From assembly GCF_006345805.1 (NCBI RefSeq), contig NC_042998.1:74648001-74712000 (forward strand): a DNA stretch of 64,000 nucleotides, in the 5' to 3' direction. A program made the position numbers and the translations under genes. Below are positions 13,159-25,877 of this stretch, one piece after another. Source of the stretch: Octopus sinensis (taxonomy: Eukaryota). Positions within the stretch are counted from its first letter, which is position 1. Every line of letters begins with the position of its first letter. The notes under the pieces are model-generated. The model was not told the DNA's origin. It saw only the letters and a program-made list of their open reading frames with translations, and did not search any database.

Positions 13159-13416
13159 TGGAAGTGCGTGGTTTAGTGTTAAGGATTTTGAACTCATGAT
13201 CGTAAAAGTGTAGTTTCGATTCCTGGACTGAGTGACATGTGTTCTTGAACGAAACACTTCATTTCACGTTGCTCCAGTCCACTCAACAGGCAAAAATAAG
13301 TTATTCTGGAAGTGACCAGTGAGCTGTCCAGGTGGGGAACTGATACGCTATGGAAACCAGGAAGTTGGCCCCTACGAGTCAGCAGGACTCGAGAAGGTAA
13401 ATTTACCTTTTGCTTT
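13159..13416 (+). mobile_element. tRNA-derived SINE, family B, tail type 1
   Basis: Head TGGTTTAGTGTTAAG..CTCATGATC..TTTCGATTCC; core CACTTCATTTCACGTTGCTCCAGTCCACTC; tail CTATGGAAACCAGGAA shared with 19022-19267. Confidence 0.8.
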
Positions 13417-14522
13417 AGTATGCCTTAGCCATAAGATCATCTTCTGTAATTTGACACATAACTGGGGTCCTTGACAACTACTATCACACTTAGCCACAGT
13501 TAGTCTTGAAGTTCTCTCATGAACTCCTGAGTCGAGCTTCCCCCACCGGATGCAATTTAATACGTTGCTTAGAGCAAACGTGACATTAACATTAATATGT
13601 CAATAACATACAAAATTTTATATAATGCAAGATTTAATTTAATATTTAATTCCTACTTCACTAAGTAGAAAACTTTTAATGTTAACTCATTTACATTTAT
13701 TCTGCTAGAGCTGTTGTGAGTGTGCATATATTACACTTAACTTTCGGTAGTTTTACTTGCGCTGTTTCGTTTCGTTTCTTTTTAGGAAAAAAATAAGAAA
13801 CACATAACACTGTGCTAATGTAAATTAGATATGTATTATTACATAAGCTATCTCCTACACCGGGAAGCGTCTTATGTGTGTGAGTATGTGTGCTTATTAG
13901 TTTGTGTGTGTGTAACACAGCACAGTTTGAGATCTCTAAGTCTGAAATCTCATAGGGATATTTACTGAATGTTTTCAGTAACTGAGCTGACTCTTTACGT
14001 TCTGAGTTCAAATCTTGCAGAGCTCGACTTTGCCTTTCATCATACTTGTATTAATAAATGAAGTACATGTCGGAATTGTTTGGAACTTTAAGAACTTTAA
14101 GATGCAAAGCTTTACCGGTTTCTCTCAAGAACATTTGACTGTGCAATTTTTTAATGCAGAGGACCAGTAAGTCACCTCTCTCCAAGCCACTGTTGTTGAG
14201 CAAGGGAAAGAGGCAGGAACCGATGATGTTTGGCACGTCCCCAGCCCTCAGCAATTTCAACAATCCTTCGCCTTTCACTGGTACTTTAATTTCTCGACGT
14301 CAGTAGAAGGAAAGACAAAGGTTTCGAATCCAGAACGTAAACAACTATGAAAAATACTGGAAAATTATCCCACGCTTGTGAAAATCTTCCGTCGTCCACC
14401 TTATACATAGATATATTTATGCATACATATATGTGCGTACATACATGTATATATATAATGGAGAAATTATACAAAATGTATAAATCCTTAGATTACACAG
14501 TCCATCTCTTATATGTATATAA

Positions 14523-14524
<2 letters not shown>

Positions 14525-14572
<48 letters not shown>

Positions 14573-14581
14573 TGTTGTGTG

Positions 14582-14657
<76 letters not shown>

Positions 14658-14661
14658 TGTG
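14525..14661. repeat. (TA)n(TG)n(TGCG)n compound microsatellite
   Basis: Direct. Confidence 0.95.
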
Positions 14662-14784
14662 TAAACAGACACCCAGAAACAGACACCCCATAGAACACCA
14701 TCTTATGCTTATATTAAATTGAAAAGGTTTATATGTTTTGTTAATTGACATTTTTATGTTTCAGGTTCTATATGTGACTGTTTA

Positions 14785-15096
14785 ATCGCACCACGTACAA
14801 AAGAAGCTTTGGAACTGTTCGAATTTCAAAGAGGCCTTATGGTGGGTCAATCTGATGTGGACTTAGTCAACGTAAAATCGCAGAAAACATTAGGATCTCA
14901 CTTTCTACAGTTAATAAAGTGACTGTGCAATTCACCAGAGAGGAGGAGGGGACCGCATCACCTTTCCCAGGTCGACCAGGGCCCTCTGACTGGACACTTC
15001 ACATTGTTAAGAGAAATGTGAAGGACAATCCTCGTTGCAAGGCCTCTGACATAGCAAAACATATTGATATCAGTCCAGAACAGCTGTTTACTATCA
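14785..15096 (+). pseudogene. Tc1-family transposase N-terminal (paired-like HTH) remnant
   Basis: ELFEFQRGLMVG / LSQRKIAENIRISLSTVNKV / PGRP / KRNVKDNPRCKASDIA, with one frameshift; truncated at (CA)n. Confidence 0.8.
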
Positions 15097-15105
15097 GGGA
15101 GAGAA

Positions 15106-15106
<1 letters not shown>

Positions 15107-15163
<57 letters not shown>
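15107..15163. repeat. (CA)n microsatellite
   Basis: Direct. Confidence 0.95.
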
Positions 15164-15166
<3 letters not shown>

Positions 15167-15910
15167 TGTATTTTTCACATCAAAAGTTGACATTCAACTC
15201 CTTTTTTGCAGACAATTATCAACAATCTATCATACGCTTCTGTAAAAGTCAGAAATATACACTCTCACACACGACACCGGCTACATATATGAATTAACAT
15301 TAATATATACACACACTAATATCCAAATACACATTTATATACACAGAGCTATTTATGACACAGGGACATACAAACAACAGACGCACAACAAACCTACTAT
15401 TTCCTGTAACACCCAGTATACAACAAATTCACACACACCAGTCCACACAAGCTCAACATATACTTGCTAACTGCATGCATTTCTTCCATCTCTGAGGTAT
15501 ATAGATGCTGTAAACCACAACATTTTTTTTATCACGTAGTCTTATTCTCTTCTTCTGGCGCAAATCTACTATTGTATGTTACACATCAATGCTATTCCGC
15601 CCTGGAGAACGTCACCGAGAGCAAAATTGTTATTTTTGACATCAGTACAACTATGTTTCGTATCGTAATCTCCTCGTAAAATTCTCAGCTTATACGCTTC
15701 ACTCATATCTCATCTATTAAACAGCATGTATCAACGTTATATTAACAATTCCGTGCCTCAGGGCTTAATCATGTCCCTATGCTTTTCCTTATCTACGTCG
15801 ATGATTTATTTATTTATCTATTTATTTGTTATTTCCAAATTAACACACCACCATGAAGATAAAATTCCATCATTCGCACCTCGATAATATTTCTCACACC
15901 AGCATTGTGA

Positions 15911-16135
15911 TATACACATACATGCATACATATATACATACATATATATATGTATATATATACGTATATGCATATATATATACGTATATGTATATATATA
16001 TATATACGTATATGTATATATATACGTATATATATATATACGTATATGTATATATATATACGTATATATATATATATGTATATGTATATATATATGTATA
16101 TATGTATATATATGTATATATATGTATATATATAT
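15911..16135. repeat. (TA)n array with TACG/TATG interruptions
   Basis: Direct; a similar array recurs at 17141-17367. Confidence 0.9.
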
Positions 16136-17140
16136 AACGGGAAGCTTTATGAAAATAAACAAAAGACGAAGGCAGGTGGAAAACAAACGAACAATTGTAT
16201 TAGTATGGCGCTCAGGAAATATAAATAAAACAAGTCTTTAACGTTTCGAGCCTACGCTCTTCAACAGAAAGATACACAGAGAGAGAGAAAAACACAGAAA
16301 GAAGGAGAGAAAAAAAATGCGTGCAGTAGCTAACGAATCAACATGGCGATCTGATTTCGGCCAGAGGTCAAAGATCAAACATGAGACGCGAGAGAGCGAA
16401 ATAAGGGGAGATAATAGGGTTGATAATAGGGTTGAGGGACCAGCTAAAAGTGCGTGGGAGGGGTCTGGATGTGTGTATGTATAGGGTTGGTGTATGTATT
16501 AGTACGTATAAGGGTGTGTGTGGTGTGTGTGTGTGTGTGTGTATGAGAGAGTATTAGTGCGTAAGATTGGTCTGGACGTGCGTATGTATGGGGTTGGTGT
16601 ATGTATTAGTATGTATTAGTATGTATTAGTATGTATTAGTACGTATAAGGGTGTGTGTGTGTGTGAGAGAGAGAGTATAAGTGCGTATGCGGGGTCTGGA
16701 CGTGTGTATGTATAGGGTTGGTGTAAGTATTAGTATGTACTGGTATGTATTAGTACGTATTAGTATGTATTAGTTGGTGTGTGTATTAGTATGGCACATC
16801 ATATGTGATGTGATGTGTAAAGTCATGTGGTGTAGTGAGGAGAAGAGGGGGAGGGGGAGAAGAGGGGGAGGGGGAGAAGAGGGGGGAGAGAAGGCGAGGG
16901 GAAGAGGAGGGGGAGGAGAAGGGGGAAGAGGATAGGATGGGGGAGAAGGAAGGGGAGGAGGGGGATGAAGGAGGAAAGAGGGAGAGGGGGAGAGAGGGAG
17001 TGAGGGAGCAGAGGGAAGGGGAAGAGGGAGGGAGAAAGAGGAAGAAGGGAAGGGGAGTAGGGGTGAAAGGATGAAGGACTGAAGAAGTAGGGGTCGGGGG
17101 GAGAAAGGATAGGTGAGGAGGGGGGAGAGGGGGGTTAGAT
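16136..17140 (-). mobile_element. Unit 1 of a ~1.2-kb tandem dimer; non-coding, probable PLE-derived non-autonomous element
   Basis: Near-identical to 17368-18340. Carries a hammerhead-like motif, three ~110-125-bp internal subrepeats and a purine-only tract. Confidence 0.7.
16235..16272 (-). ncRNA. Minimal type I hammerhead-like motif with variant core
   Basis: Minus strand reads UCUUU-CUGUUGA-A-GAGC(GUAG)GCUC-GAAACGU-U-AAAGA: stem I 5 bp, stem II 4 bp, palindromic ACGU. Core A6 is replaced by U. Confidence 0.55.
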
Positions 17141-17170
17141 ATATATATATATATGTATATATATATATTG

Positions 17171-17203
<33 letters not shown>

Positions 17204-17211
17204 GTATATAT

Positions 17212-17270
<59 letters not shown>

Positions 17271-17367
17271 CGTATATGTATATATATATACGTATATATA
17301 TATACGTATATGTATATATATATATGTATATATGTATATATATGTATATATATATGTATATATATAT

Positions 17368-18340
17368 AACGGGAAGCTTTATGAAAATAAACAAAAGACG
17401 AAGGCAGGTGGAAAACAAACGAACAATTGTATTAGTATGGCGCTCAGGAAATATAAATAAAACAAGTCTTTAACGTTTCGAGCCTACGCTCTTCAACAGA
17501 AAGATACACAGGGAGAGAAAAACACAGAAAGAAGGAGAGAAAAAAAATGCGTGCAGTAGCTAACGAATCAACATGGCGATCTGATTTCGGCCAGAGGTCA
17601 AAGATCAAACATGAGACGCGAGAGCGAAATAAGGGGAGATAATAGGGTTGATAATAGGGTTGAGGGACCAGCTAAAAGTGCGTGGGAGGGGTCTGGATGT
17701 GTGTATGTATAGGGTTGGTGTATGTATTAGTACGTATAAGGGTGTGTGTGTGTGTGTGTGTATGAGAGAGTATTAGTGCGTAAGATTGGTCTGGACGTGC
17801 GTATGTATGGGGTTGGTGTATGTATTAGTATGTATTAGTATGTATTAGTACGTATTGGTATGTATGGGTGTGTGTGTGTGTGAGAGAGAGAGTATAAGTG
17901 CGTATGCGGGGTCTGGACGTGTGTATGTATAGGGTTGGTGTAAGTATTAGTATGTACTGGTATGTATTAGTACGTATTAGTATGTATTAGTTGGTGTGTG
18001 TATTAGTATGGCACATCATATGTGATGTGATGTGTAAAGTCATGTGGTGTAGTGAGGAGAAGAGGGGGAGGGGGAGAAGAGGGGGGAGAGAAGGCGAGGG
18101 GAAGAGGAGGGGGAGGAGAAGGGGGAAGAGGATAGGATGGGGGAGAAGGAAGGGGAGGAGGGGGATGAAGGAGGAAAGAGGGAGAGGGGGAGAGAGGGAG
18201 TGAGGGAGCAGAGGGAAGGGGAAGAGGGAGGGAGAAAGAGGGAAGAAGGAAGGGGAGTAGGGGTGAAAGGATGAAGGACTGAAGAAGTAGGGGTCGGGGG
18301 GAGAAAGGATAGGTGAGGAGGGGGGAGAGGGGGGTTAGAT
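17368..18340 (-). mobile_element. Unit 2 of the ~1.2-kb tandem dimer
   Basis: Offset from unit 1 is 1232 bp at the left end and 1200 bp at the right; differences are mostly short-repeat copy number. Confidence 0.7.
17467..17504 (-). ncRNA. Second, identical copy of the variant hammerhead-like motif
   Basis: Identical to 16235-16272. Confidence 0.55.
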
Positions 18341-18572
<232 letters not shown>

Positions 18573-18689
18573 GCAGATACCTGGAGCTTTAATCACTAAA
18601 TCTGATGAATTGTTTAACGTTTCAATAAGCGCAGAGTCTAAAATCATGTTGATATTCCAAAATCAATGTTCACCCAGATTTAGTAAATA

Positions 18690-19010
18690 TAATTCCGGAT
18701 GGAAGACAAACCCCACAGAGAGGGGCCGCAGAACAGTGAGATATATTGGATATAAAAGTCATGGAATTATGGCTGCAAAATTGTCAGCAGAGCTAAACTA
18801 CCACCTTGCTAACTCTATATCAACGAAAACTGCACTTCGTGAGCTCCGTAATGATGGATCCCATGCGAGGTTGCAGTTGCTAAACCTTTCCTTTCCTCGT
18901 CAACATTGGTAAGCAGAAGTGGTGGTTACTAGTTCATTGAGGACAATGTCATCTTTGTTGAATCCTCATTCACTCCTCATTCACACTTTCTTCCACTTTA
19001 GGGTGAGTTT
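18690..19010 (+). pseudogene. Tc1-family transposase remnant (second HTH and start of DDE domain)
   Basis: [36 protein letters not shown]; VAVAKP after a frameshift; NVIFVESSFT (~VIFSDESSF). Confidence 0.7.
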
Positions 19011-19021
19011 ATGAAGCTAAA

Positions 19022-19267
19022 GTTAGTTACCTTTTCTTGTCATGCCGACTCACAAGAGCCAGTTTCCTGATTTCCATGGTGTATAAGTTCCCTGCCAGAA
19101 CGGGCCGCTGGTCTGTCGCAAGATTACACATTTTCTCTAGTGGACTGGAGCAACGTGAAACGAACTGTTTTGCTCGAGAACACAACATGTCGCCCGGTCT
19201 AGGAATCGAAACCACAACTACATGATCATGAGTCCAACACCCTAACCACTAAGCTACACGCCTCCAC
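19022..19267 (-). mobile_element. tRNA-derived SINE, family B, tail type 1
   Basis: Minus-strand head GTGGAGGCGTGTAGCTTAGTGGTTAGGGTGTTGGACTCATGATC..GGTTTCGATTCC; core TTTCACGTTGCTCCAGTCCACT. Confidence 0.85.
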
Positions 19268-19846
19268 AGAGCTTATAAAGCGTTCAACCCTGACTGATTG
19301 GTACCTACTGTGAATCATGGAAGTGGTTTTGTATTGATTTGAGCGACCATATCACAGAATTCTCTTGGCGCTTTAGTTGTTTTACATGTCAGAGTAATTT
19401 GATAAACCATGTCCTTCCTATGGTACAAACGTAGACCCCTGATAGTAGCGCAATCTTGTAGGACGATAATGCACTTATTCCCACGGCTAATGCTATTCAT
19501 AATTCGTATGAAGAGCATAAAAGTGAAAAAAGATCAATTGAAATCTCCACCACAACCACCCCTACCTCCACTAATCGCCTGATCTCAATATAGTCAAGCA
19601 TATATGGTGCATTTTTAAGCAGCAAGTCAAGAGCCGTTTTCCGCTACCATCTTCGCTGAAAGAACTAAAGTAGGTTTTAGTCGAAGAATGACTAAATATC
19701 TCTTTAACAACCGTTCAGAATCCGTACAAGTCACCTTCTCGACGCATTAAAAATTATGGCAAAGGGGAATCAACTTAGTCGTAAAAAATGAAACTTCCAT
19801 TTTACAAGATACCTTCATAATTTGTTTACCCCTGTATATATACAGT

Positions 19847-19865
19847 ACATACACGCGCACGCACG

Positions 19866-19909
<44 letters not shown>
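19847..19909. repeat. (CA)n microsatellite
   Basis: Direct. Confidence 0.95.
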
Positions 19910-19911
<2 letters not shown>

Positions 19912-22900
19912 TTATTTCATGTAAGGTGGAGCTGTTTGTTAAGTATCTTAGTAAACATTCGGCATCCTTCATTGATTTCGGTGAAACAACATTGAAGTTG
20001 CATCAAAACCTAAGAGGTGAAAACTGATACATTTTTTTAAACATACGTCTGTTATTACGCTTTTGTTTGAGCTCTAAAAATAAATAAAGAACCTCCGTAC
20101 TGCTGTTTGAATGAGAAAGAAGCCAGAAAAAAATATCTCAATGATCTTCCCTTAGTCTCTATAATCAACCTAGAAAGAATATTGTGTTTCTCAAAGAAGC
20201 CGTGAATGTATATCTAGTTTAAATTCTTATATATGAAAGTACTTCTCGACTATTTCTTTTCGTTATGAACTTTTAAGCCAGGAAAGTATGATGCGAATAT
20301 AAAATGAAGAGAATAGCTAAATGTTGACAGAATACAAATATTTCCATGAATTTAGCTTTATATAAAAATGTATTTACGTATTATTTATATAAATATGCTT
20401 CATTTTTCTTTTTTGGTATGTTTAGTAAATTTGTTCAAGTGAAGGAATTTACAATCTAAAATTATTCGATTTTGATGAACAATTTTCCTGACAATAAGTC
20501 TCAAGTATTCAAATATTTCGCTTTAGACTCAGATACAATATTCCTTACTATAGCAATTGTTCTATTACTTTGAATACTGAAGCTTTTAGTGTGAAATATC
20601 TTCTGTAGTTTTCGCTGAAACTGAGGTGAGAAGTTTGAAGTTTTTCATTCTTAGGATAGTTAAAATTCTCTACATTTCATTTTGTCACATAAAGCAAGCG
20701 ATTGCAAAATTGGTATTAGCATATGTATGAGAATATCAGCAAATGGTGATAAATGGTAGCCATAAGTGTTTAATGTATATCAACAACCAAAAAGAATCCT
20801 AAGTTTAAGAAAGCGATAGCTACAAATGATATGTTATTCAACAGCACCTCAGGCTACTGCCATATGTGTCTGTGAAATGCAAAGTTCTATTTTCAGCTAG
20901 ATATATGGTAAGGAAATATTGACAGCCAAGGATGGCAGACATAATAACAGCATCTTCAACAACAAACCTACAAGAAATAGTATTTATTCACCTGCTATTA
21001 TAATTATGTCATCATAATTTTCCTATCTCGAGTTATCATGAAGCGTTGGGTAATGCCTCAAATGTCAGTCAAACGAAGCAGTTTCAATCTCAAGGGACGA
21101 TATTTAGTTTCATGTTATAAATTGATATCTTTTAGTTGTGACGACAAGCTGATGATACCCATCAGTTTTTCTATTTCCAGTGTCAAGTGCCTCACATTCG
21201 CTGTATTTGTTCTACTTTTATACTTAGTCTTATAGATAGATATAATACTAACTGATCTTATATTACTAGGTTATAGCCGAAACTATCAAAAGCTGTTTTG
21301 TGATCTCTACTAAACGTTGTCTAATGTACAAACAAAAACATCCCCACTCTGTCTTTCTCTCTCTCTTTCTCTCTCTCGCTCTCTCGCTCTCCCGCTTTTT
21401 TTCTTTTTTGTCATGACTTTATTTAAATCAGGTTCGTTTATTCATACTGTGTCAAACTAAATAACTTTAATACTATTTAATGTTTGACAATGACTAAAAC
21501 ATTAATGTACTTTGCAGTCAGCTTAAGTTATTTTCCCATTTGAGCCCATTACGTGGACACAACATGACTTTTTAACTGAATGTTTGAGAGCAAACATGAA
21601 TTAGAGAAATGTTTACAGGGGATTTTCTTTCTCAAACCCTTTATTCAAAATATTCAGTTGAAAGTCAACAAAAATAATCAATAACAAAGCAGAGTAAATT
21701 GCTTTCTAGTCATTTCTCTTTTCGTTTGGTAAAATAGCTTTTTAAATTATGTCGATTTTATTGACGTCTTTTATTTTTCTCTTTCTTTCGGATTTGGCTT
21801 AGAATTTCTGTGCGTTTGTTGGAGTTATTATGAAGCCGGATGTCTCGAGAGGGATTGTGACTTAACCGACACATTTAGCAATTTTATCGGAAGGAAAGAG
21901 AAAATACAAAGAATGGGAAGTCTTTAATCAACATCATTGTAAGTATAGAAAACAAGTGAAAATTAAAAGCTTTTAAAGCAATGAAAATCTTAATATGATT
22001 TTACACCGGCATATTGAATTTATTTTATCGTTAATACTAAATTAAAGATAATTTTGTTAGTTTCTCGTGAAGAGAATTTAATTGTTAGTTAATATGTGAA
22101 GCGTAAATGGGATTTATCTTATCAAATGGCAATAGCAATGCATTAATAAATGGATATTAAGTTAGAGTAAATACAGATGTAAGGTATATTTACGTTTTTT
22201 TTTGTCAACAGGCATTTCTAGCTTCGCTGAGAAAAGTAAGTACTGGGTTAAACCGAATATCTTTTTCTATCTTTAACCAGAAAAGAGAGGCCCATGTGAA
22301 TAGCTTCACCGATTTTAACTGCTTTATCAAAGATCGGTTATTCATATTGCAACTACAAGGAGAATAGTAGTATATTGCTATTTATAGTATACATAAACCC
22401 ATTAAAACAAAATTGGTTTGATAATTTGCCTAACGGTGCAAACGTTAACAAGGTTAATTAATAGAAATACGGCAGTGTTTATTATTTTGTTTTTGTGATA
22501 AATATAGCAGTAAAATTAGGTGCATAATGTTTTAGGGAAGCAGATATTTTAGTTTTGGCATGAAGTGATTTAACTGAATGTTATTCACTCAATGGTCAGG
22601 AAATGGAGATCGGCCTGACGAGTTAAACTATTTTTATCGCTTTACGAGACATTTCTTACTAATTTTTCTGACCATACAAGGAGAACAGTAGACTTTAGCT
22701 ATGTTTAGTATATACAAGCACGGATAAAATTAAAATTAAATATTTTAATTTGCATAGCAGTACAAGTGTAACTCCATCTTACATTTCCATCTACAACAGA
22801 AATAGATGTTGTGTAATGCAAATATTTGCAACGTTTTCTAAATTTAATTCTATACAAATTTGTGAATTCTATAAATAGCTATGTTATTATTGCCCTTGTG

Positions 22901-24103
22901 ATCAGAAAAATAAGTAGCTGACTCTGATGAAGAATAAAAAAAAAAAAAAACGCCGAAACCACTCATTTTTTCCGGGTCTCAGAGAAAGAGTATGATTTAA
23001 CCAGAATTACTAATTTTCAATTTTGCTTTACTTAAAAAAATTAAAGCACTGTCATATGTCTACGCTAAGTCGTGCTTCTATTAATTAATTAAGAAATATT
23101 TTTTAGTCTAATATTTTTTTTGTATCGTCAGATTTATGAAGTCGTTATATTTTTATCAGTATTAATTGCTGACATAATTTTGAAATAATGAAATTACATG
23201 ACGACTATTGATGGTGTTTTATTTGAGATAACAATAACATTGATTATGACTCCAGTGATTTTAATGTAATCACGTGTAGCAAGGGTTTGTTAATACGGAA
23301 AACATTAATAGTTGTGAAAACTTTGCAGTTGCTGTGTATATCATGCTTGGCTAGCATTTCTAATTATCGTTCTCTTCCTACTCATCACGTTACAGGTAGG
23401 AAATCATGTCAAATAATGTGTTATTTCTATCTCTATAAGGGTGAAAAAAATATCAACCTTATATGAAGTTCAAAGATAAGGGTGTGGTGCCATAATAGTT
23501 GTCAGTGTATCTCTCTTGCTAAAATAGCTGTACATTAGTTAATGAGAAACACTTAAAGTAATGCTCGCATAAATAACAAATTTTTGTTGTTTATCTTTTC
23601 TTTTAAAGAGAGAACACAGTGAGAACAAATATGTTTGAATGATATCATGGTTAGACTCTGCTGTAAGAAAATTTAAAAGAAAAAAAGAAAAAAAATATGA
23701 TGAAGTAATATATAAAAAAAAATCCATCAAATCAATTTTATTCCCCCACAAAGTTAAAAACTCATCAAACTAAATAAAAAGTTAAATGTTGATAGATTTT
23801 GGAATGGTTACAACACTAAAAGATAAGAATAGTGAAGTTAGGTGGCAAATAATTATAGGAAGAAAACTATGTACTTAGTTACTCATGTATACACACACTC
23901 TCACTTACTCCCTCTCTTCCTCTCCCCCTCTCTCTCTCTCTATATATATACATGCACACACATATATAAACTCACATATATTCACACGCTTAATTCCTTA
24001 TAGATAGAAAATATGTAGAAGTATATGTATAATACATTTAAATGAAGTAGAAAAGAGTGTTTCAACACAACATACTGCGGAAAATGTAACTCGATTAATA
24101 TAA

Positions 24104-24104
24104 C

Positions 24105-24181
<77 letters not shown>

Positions 24182-24182
24182 C

Positions 24183-24217
<35 letters not shown>

Positions 24218-24275
24218 ATGTATGTATGTATGTATGTATGTATGTATGTGTATGTATGTACATATATACATATAT
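24104..24275. repeat. (TA)n(TG)n(TATG)n compound microsatellite
   Basis: Direct. Confidence 0.95.
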
Positions 24276-24287
24276 GTAGTTTCTAAT

Positions 24288-24497
24288 TTAGACACATGGC
24301 TAGCAGTTCATGGCGAAAGAAGTTTAGTCGATTAAATCGACCAAATATATGACTGACAGATAATTTAATTTTATCGGCCCGATGAGATGAAAAGCAAAAT
24401 CAACCGCGCTGGATTTGAACTCAGAATGCAAAAGACGGGGAAAATTCTGTAAGGAATTTTTTCTGACTCCCTAAGGGTTCTGCCAATCCATTGCCTT
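24288..24497 (-). mobile_element. SINE family A, old and degenerate
   Basis: GATGAAAAGCAAAATCAACC, TTTGAACTCAGAATG and TTCTGCCAA are similar to the reverse complement of family A. Confidence 0.6.
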
Positions 24498-24826
24498 TTA
24501 AGTAAACACACACACACTATGCTTACACACATATATATGTTTGTATTTGTGTGGGTGTGTGTGAATTTTCGCTTAACGATCACCATTTTGCAAATATATA
24601 GTTAATCACCTTTGAAGAAGGACACGTTTTCACACACACATACCCAGGGTATACATTTGATCAGTCAGAATCTGCGCCTGTGAAGGATCAGATAATCAAG
24701 TGTAATGTAATGAATTCTCATGACGAAGAGGTCCACGTAGTCGCCTTTTGGGAAGTTAGATTTATAGTGCGCTATTTCATAAGGGTGGATTGTTTTACTA
24801 CATTATATATATATATGTATATACTG

Positions 24827-24914
24827 AACTGAAAGACTTCGCCAGGTGGTGCTATTAAGTTAGACATGGCCTGGGCCAATACTGGCCAAAACCTTTCTAA
24901 GTTATTCTAAGTTA
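24827..24914 (+). mobile_element. Orphan 88-bp 3' tail of a CR1-group LINE (family B') inside (TA)n
   Basis: Identical to 52923-53010. Confidence 0.9.
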
Positions 24915-24972
24915 TATACATATATATGTATATATATATATGTATATATATATATATGTATATATATATATC

Positions 24973-25274
24973 TCACGTGATTACGTGACCGACCAGACCA
25001 TCAGATGTTTTTACACATCGCTGGTCACAATGCGTTCGCATTGTTTTAGCCTTCGAATGACGCCACCCCGCTGGCTAAGCGAGCAGGCCAACAGAAGAGT
25101 GAGAGAAAGAGTGGTGAAAGAGTACAGCAGGGATCACCACCCCCTGTCGGAGCATCGTGGTGCTTTTAGGTGTTTTCGCTCAATAAACACTCACAACGCC
25201 CGGTCTGGGAATCGAAACAGCGATCCTACGACCGCGAGTCCGCTGCCCTAACCACTAGGCCATTGCGCCTCCAC
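24973..25274 (-). mobile_element. tRNA-derived SINE, family D, tail type 1
   Basis: Head GTGGAGGCGCAATGGCCTAGTGGTTAGGGCAGCGGACTCGCGG..TTTCGATTCCC is shared with 45221-45588; the 3' tail differs and ends CACGTAATCACGTGA. Confidence 0.85.
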
Positions 25275-25284
25275 ACACACACAC

Positions 25285-25326
<42 letters not shown>

Positions 25327-25431
25327 CATATGTAAATGAATTTATTTTAAACAATTACAAGTTTTTCAAATTTAGGTGCATTTTCAACAACAAATTTGCT
25401 TATATTTTTCACCTGCGTGGAAATAGACTCC

Positions 25432-25470
<39 letters not shown>

Positions 25471-25577
25471 CATTTAAATAATAAGGGTAAAAATTGATAT
25501 TAATTAGATTAATATCAATTTAAACCAGTGGCGTAGGATATTGAAAAAAATCTGAAGATTCAGAAAATTATATTACA

Positions 25578-25866
25578 TACATATAAGAGGAATGACCACT
25601 AAGTGGACTCCTAATATGCTAAATGTACACCCCATATGCTAAATGTCCACCCCATATTGTTACCATTTACGTAATGTAAATGGTAACAATGAAACCATGG
25701 CATGTGACAAATCATTATATTTTGTATCTTTTCATTTATCTTGCTCGCTTTACGTTCTGGCGTTTGTCCAATTTTCTTGCGAACAATTCTTCTTAGTGGT
25801 CAGATCATATGGGGTCTACATTTAGCATATTAGGAGTCCATCTATTGGTCATTCCTCTTATATGTA
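25578..25866. mobile_element. MITE, 289 bp, with 61-bp terminal inverted repeats
   Basis: 25578-25638 is the reverse complement of 25806-25866 with ~4 mismatches; TA-rich ends; no ORF homology. Confidence 0.75.
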
Positions 25867-25877
25867 CATATAAGTAA

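Noticed and set aside
20400-21240. LRR-like peptides on the minus strand (KLQTSHLSFSEN, ILYLSLKRNI, IPSLEQIY, NVRHLTLE)
   Set aside because: About 5 stops per 90 codons, similar to random AT-rich DNA, which readily yields L/I/N-rich patterns. A frameshift-aware LRR HMM search would settle it.
22924-22960. CTGATGA...CGAAAC spacing suggestive of a hammerhead
   Set aside because: The intervening sequence is poly-A; no stem II, and no stem I or III pairing.
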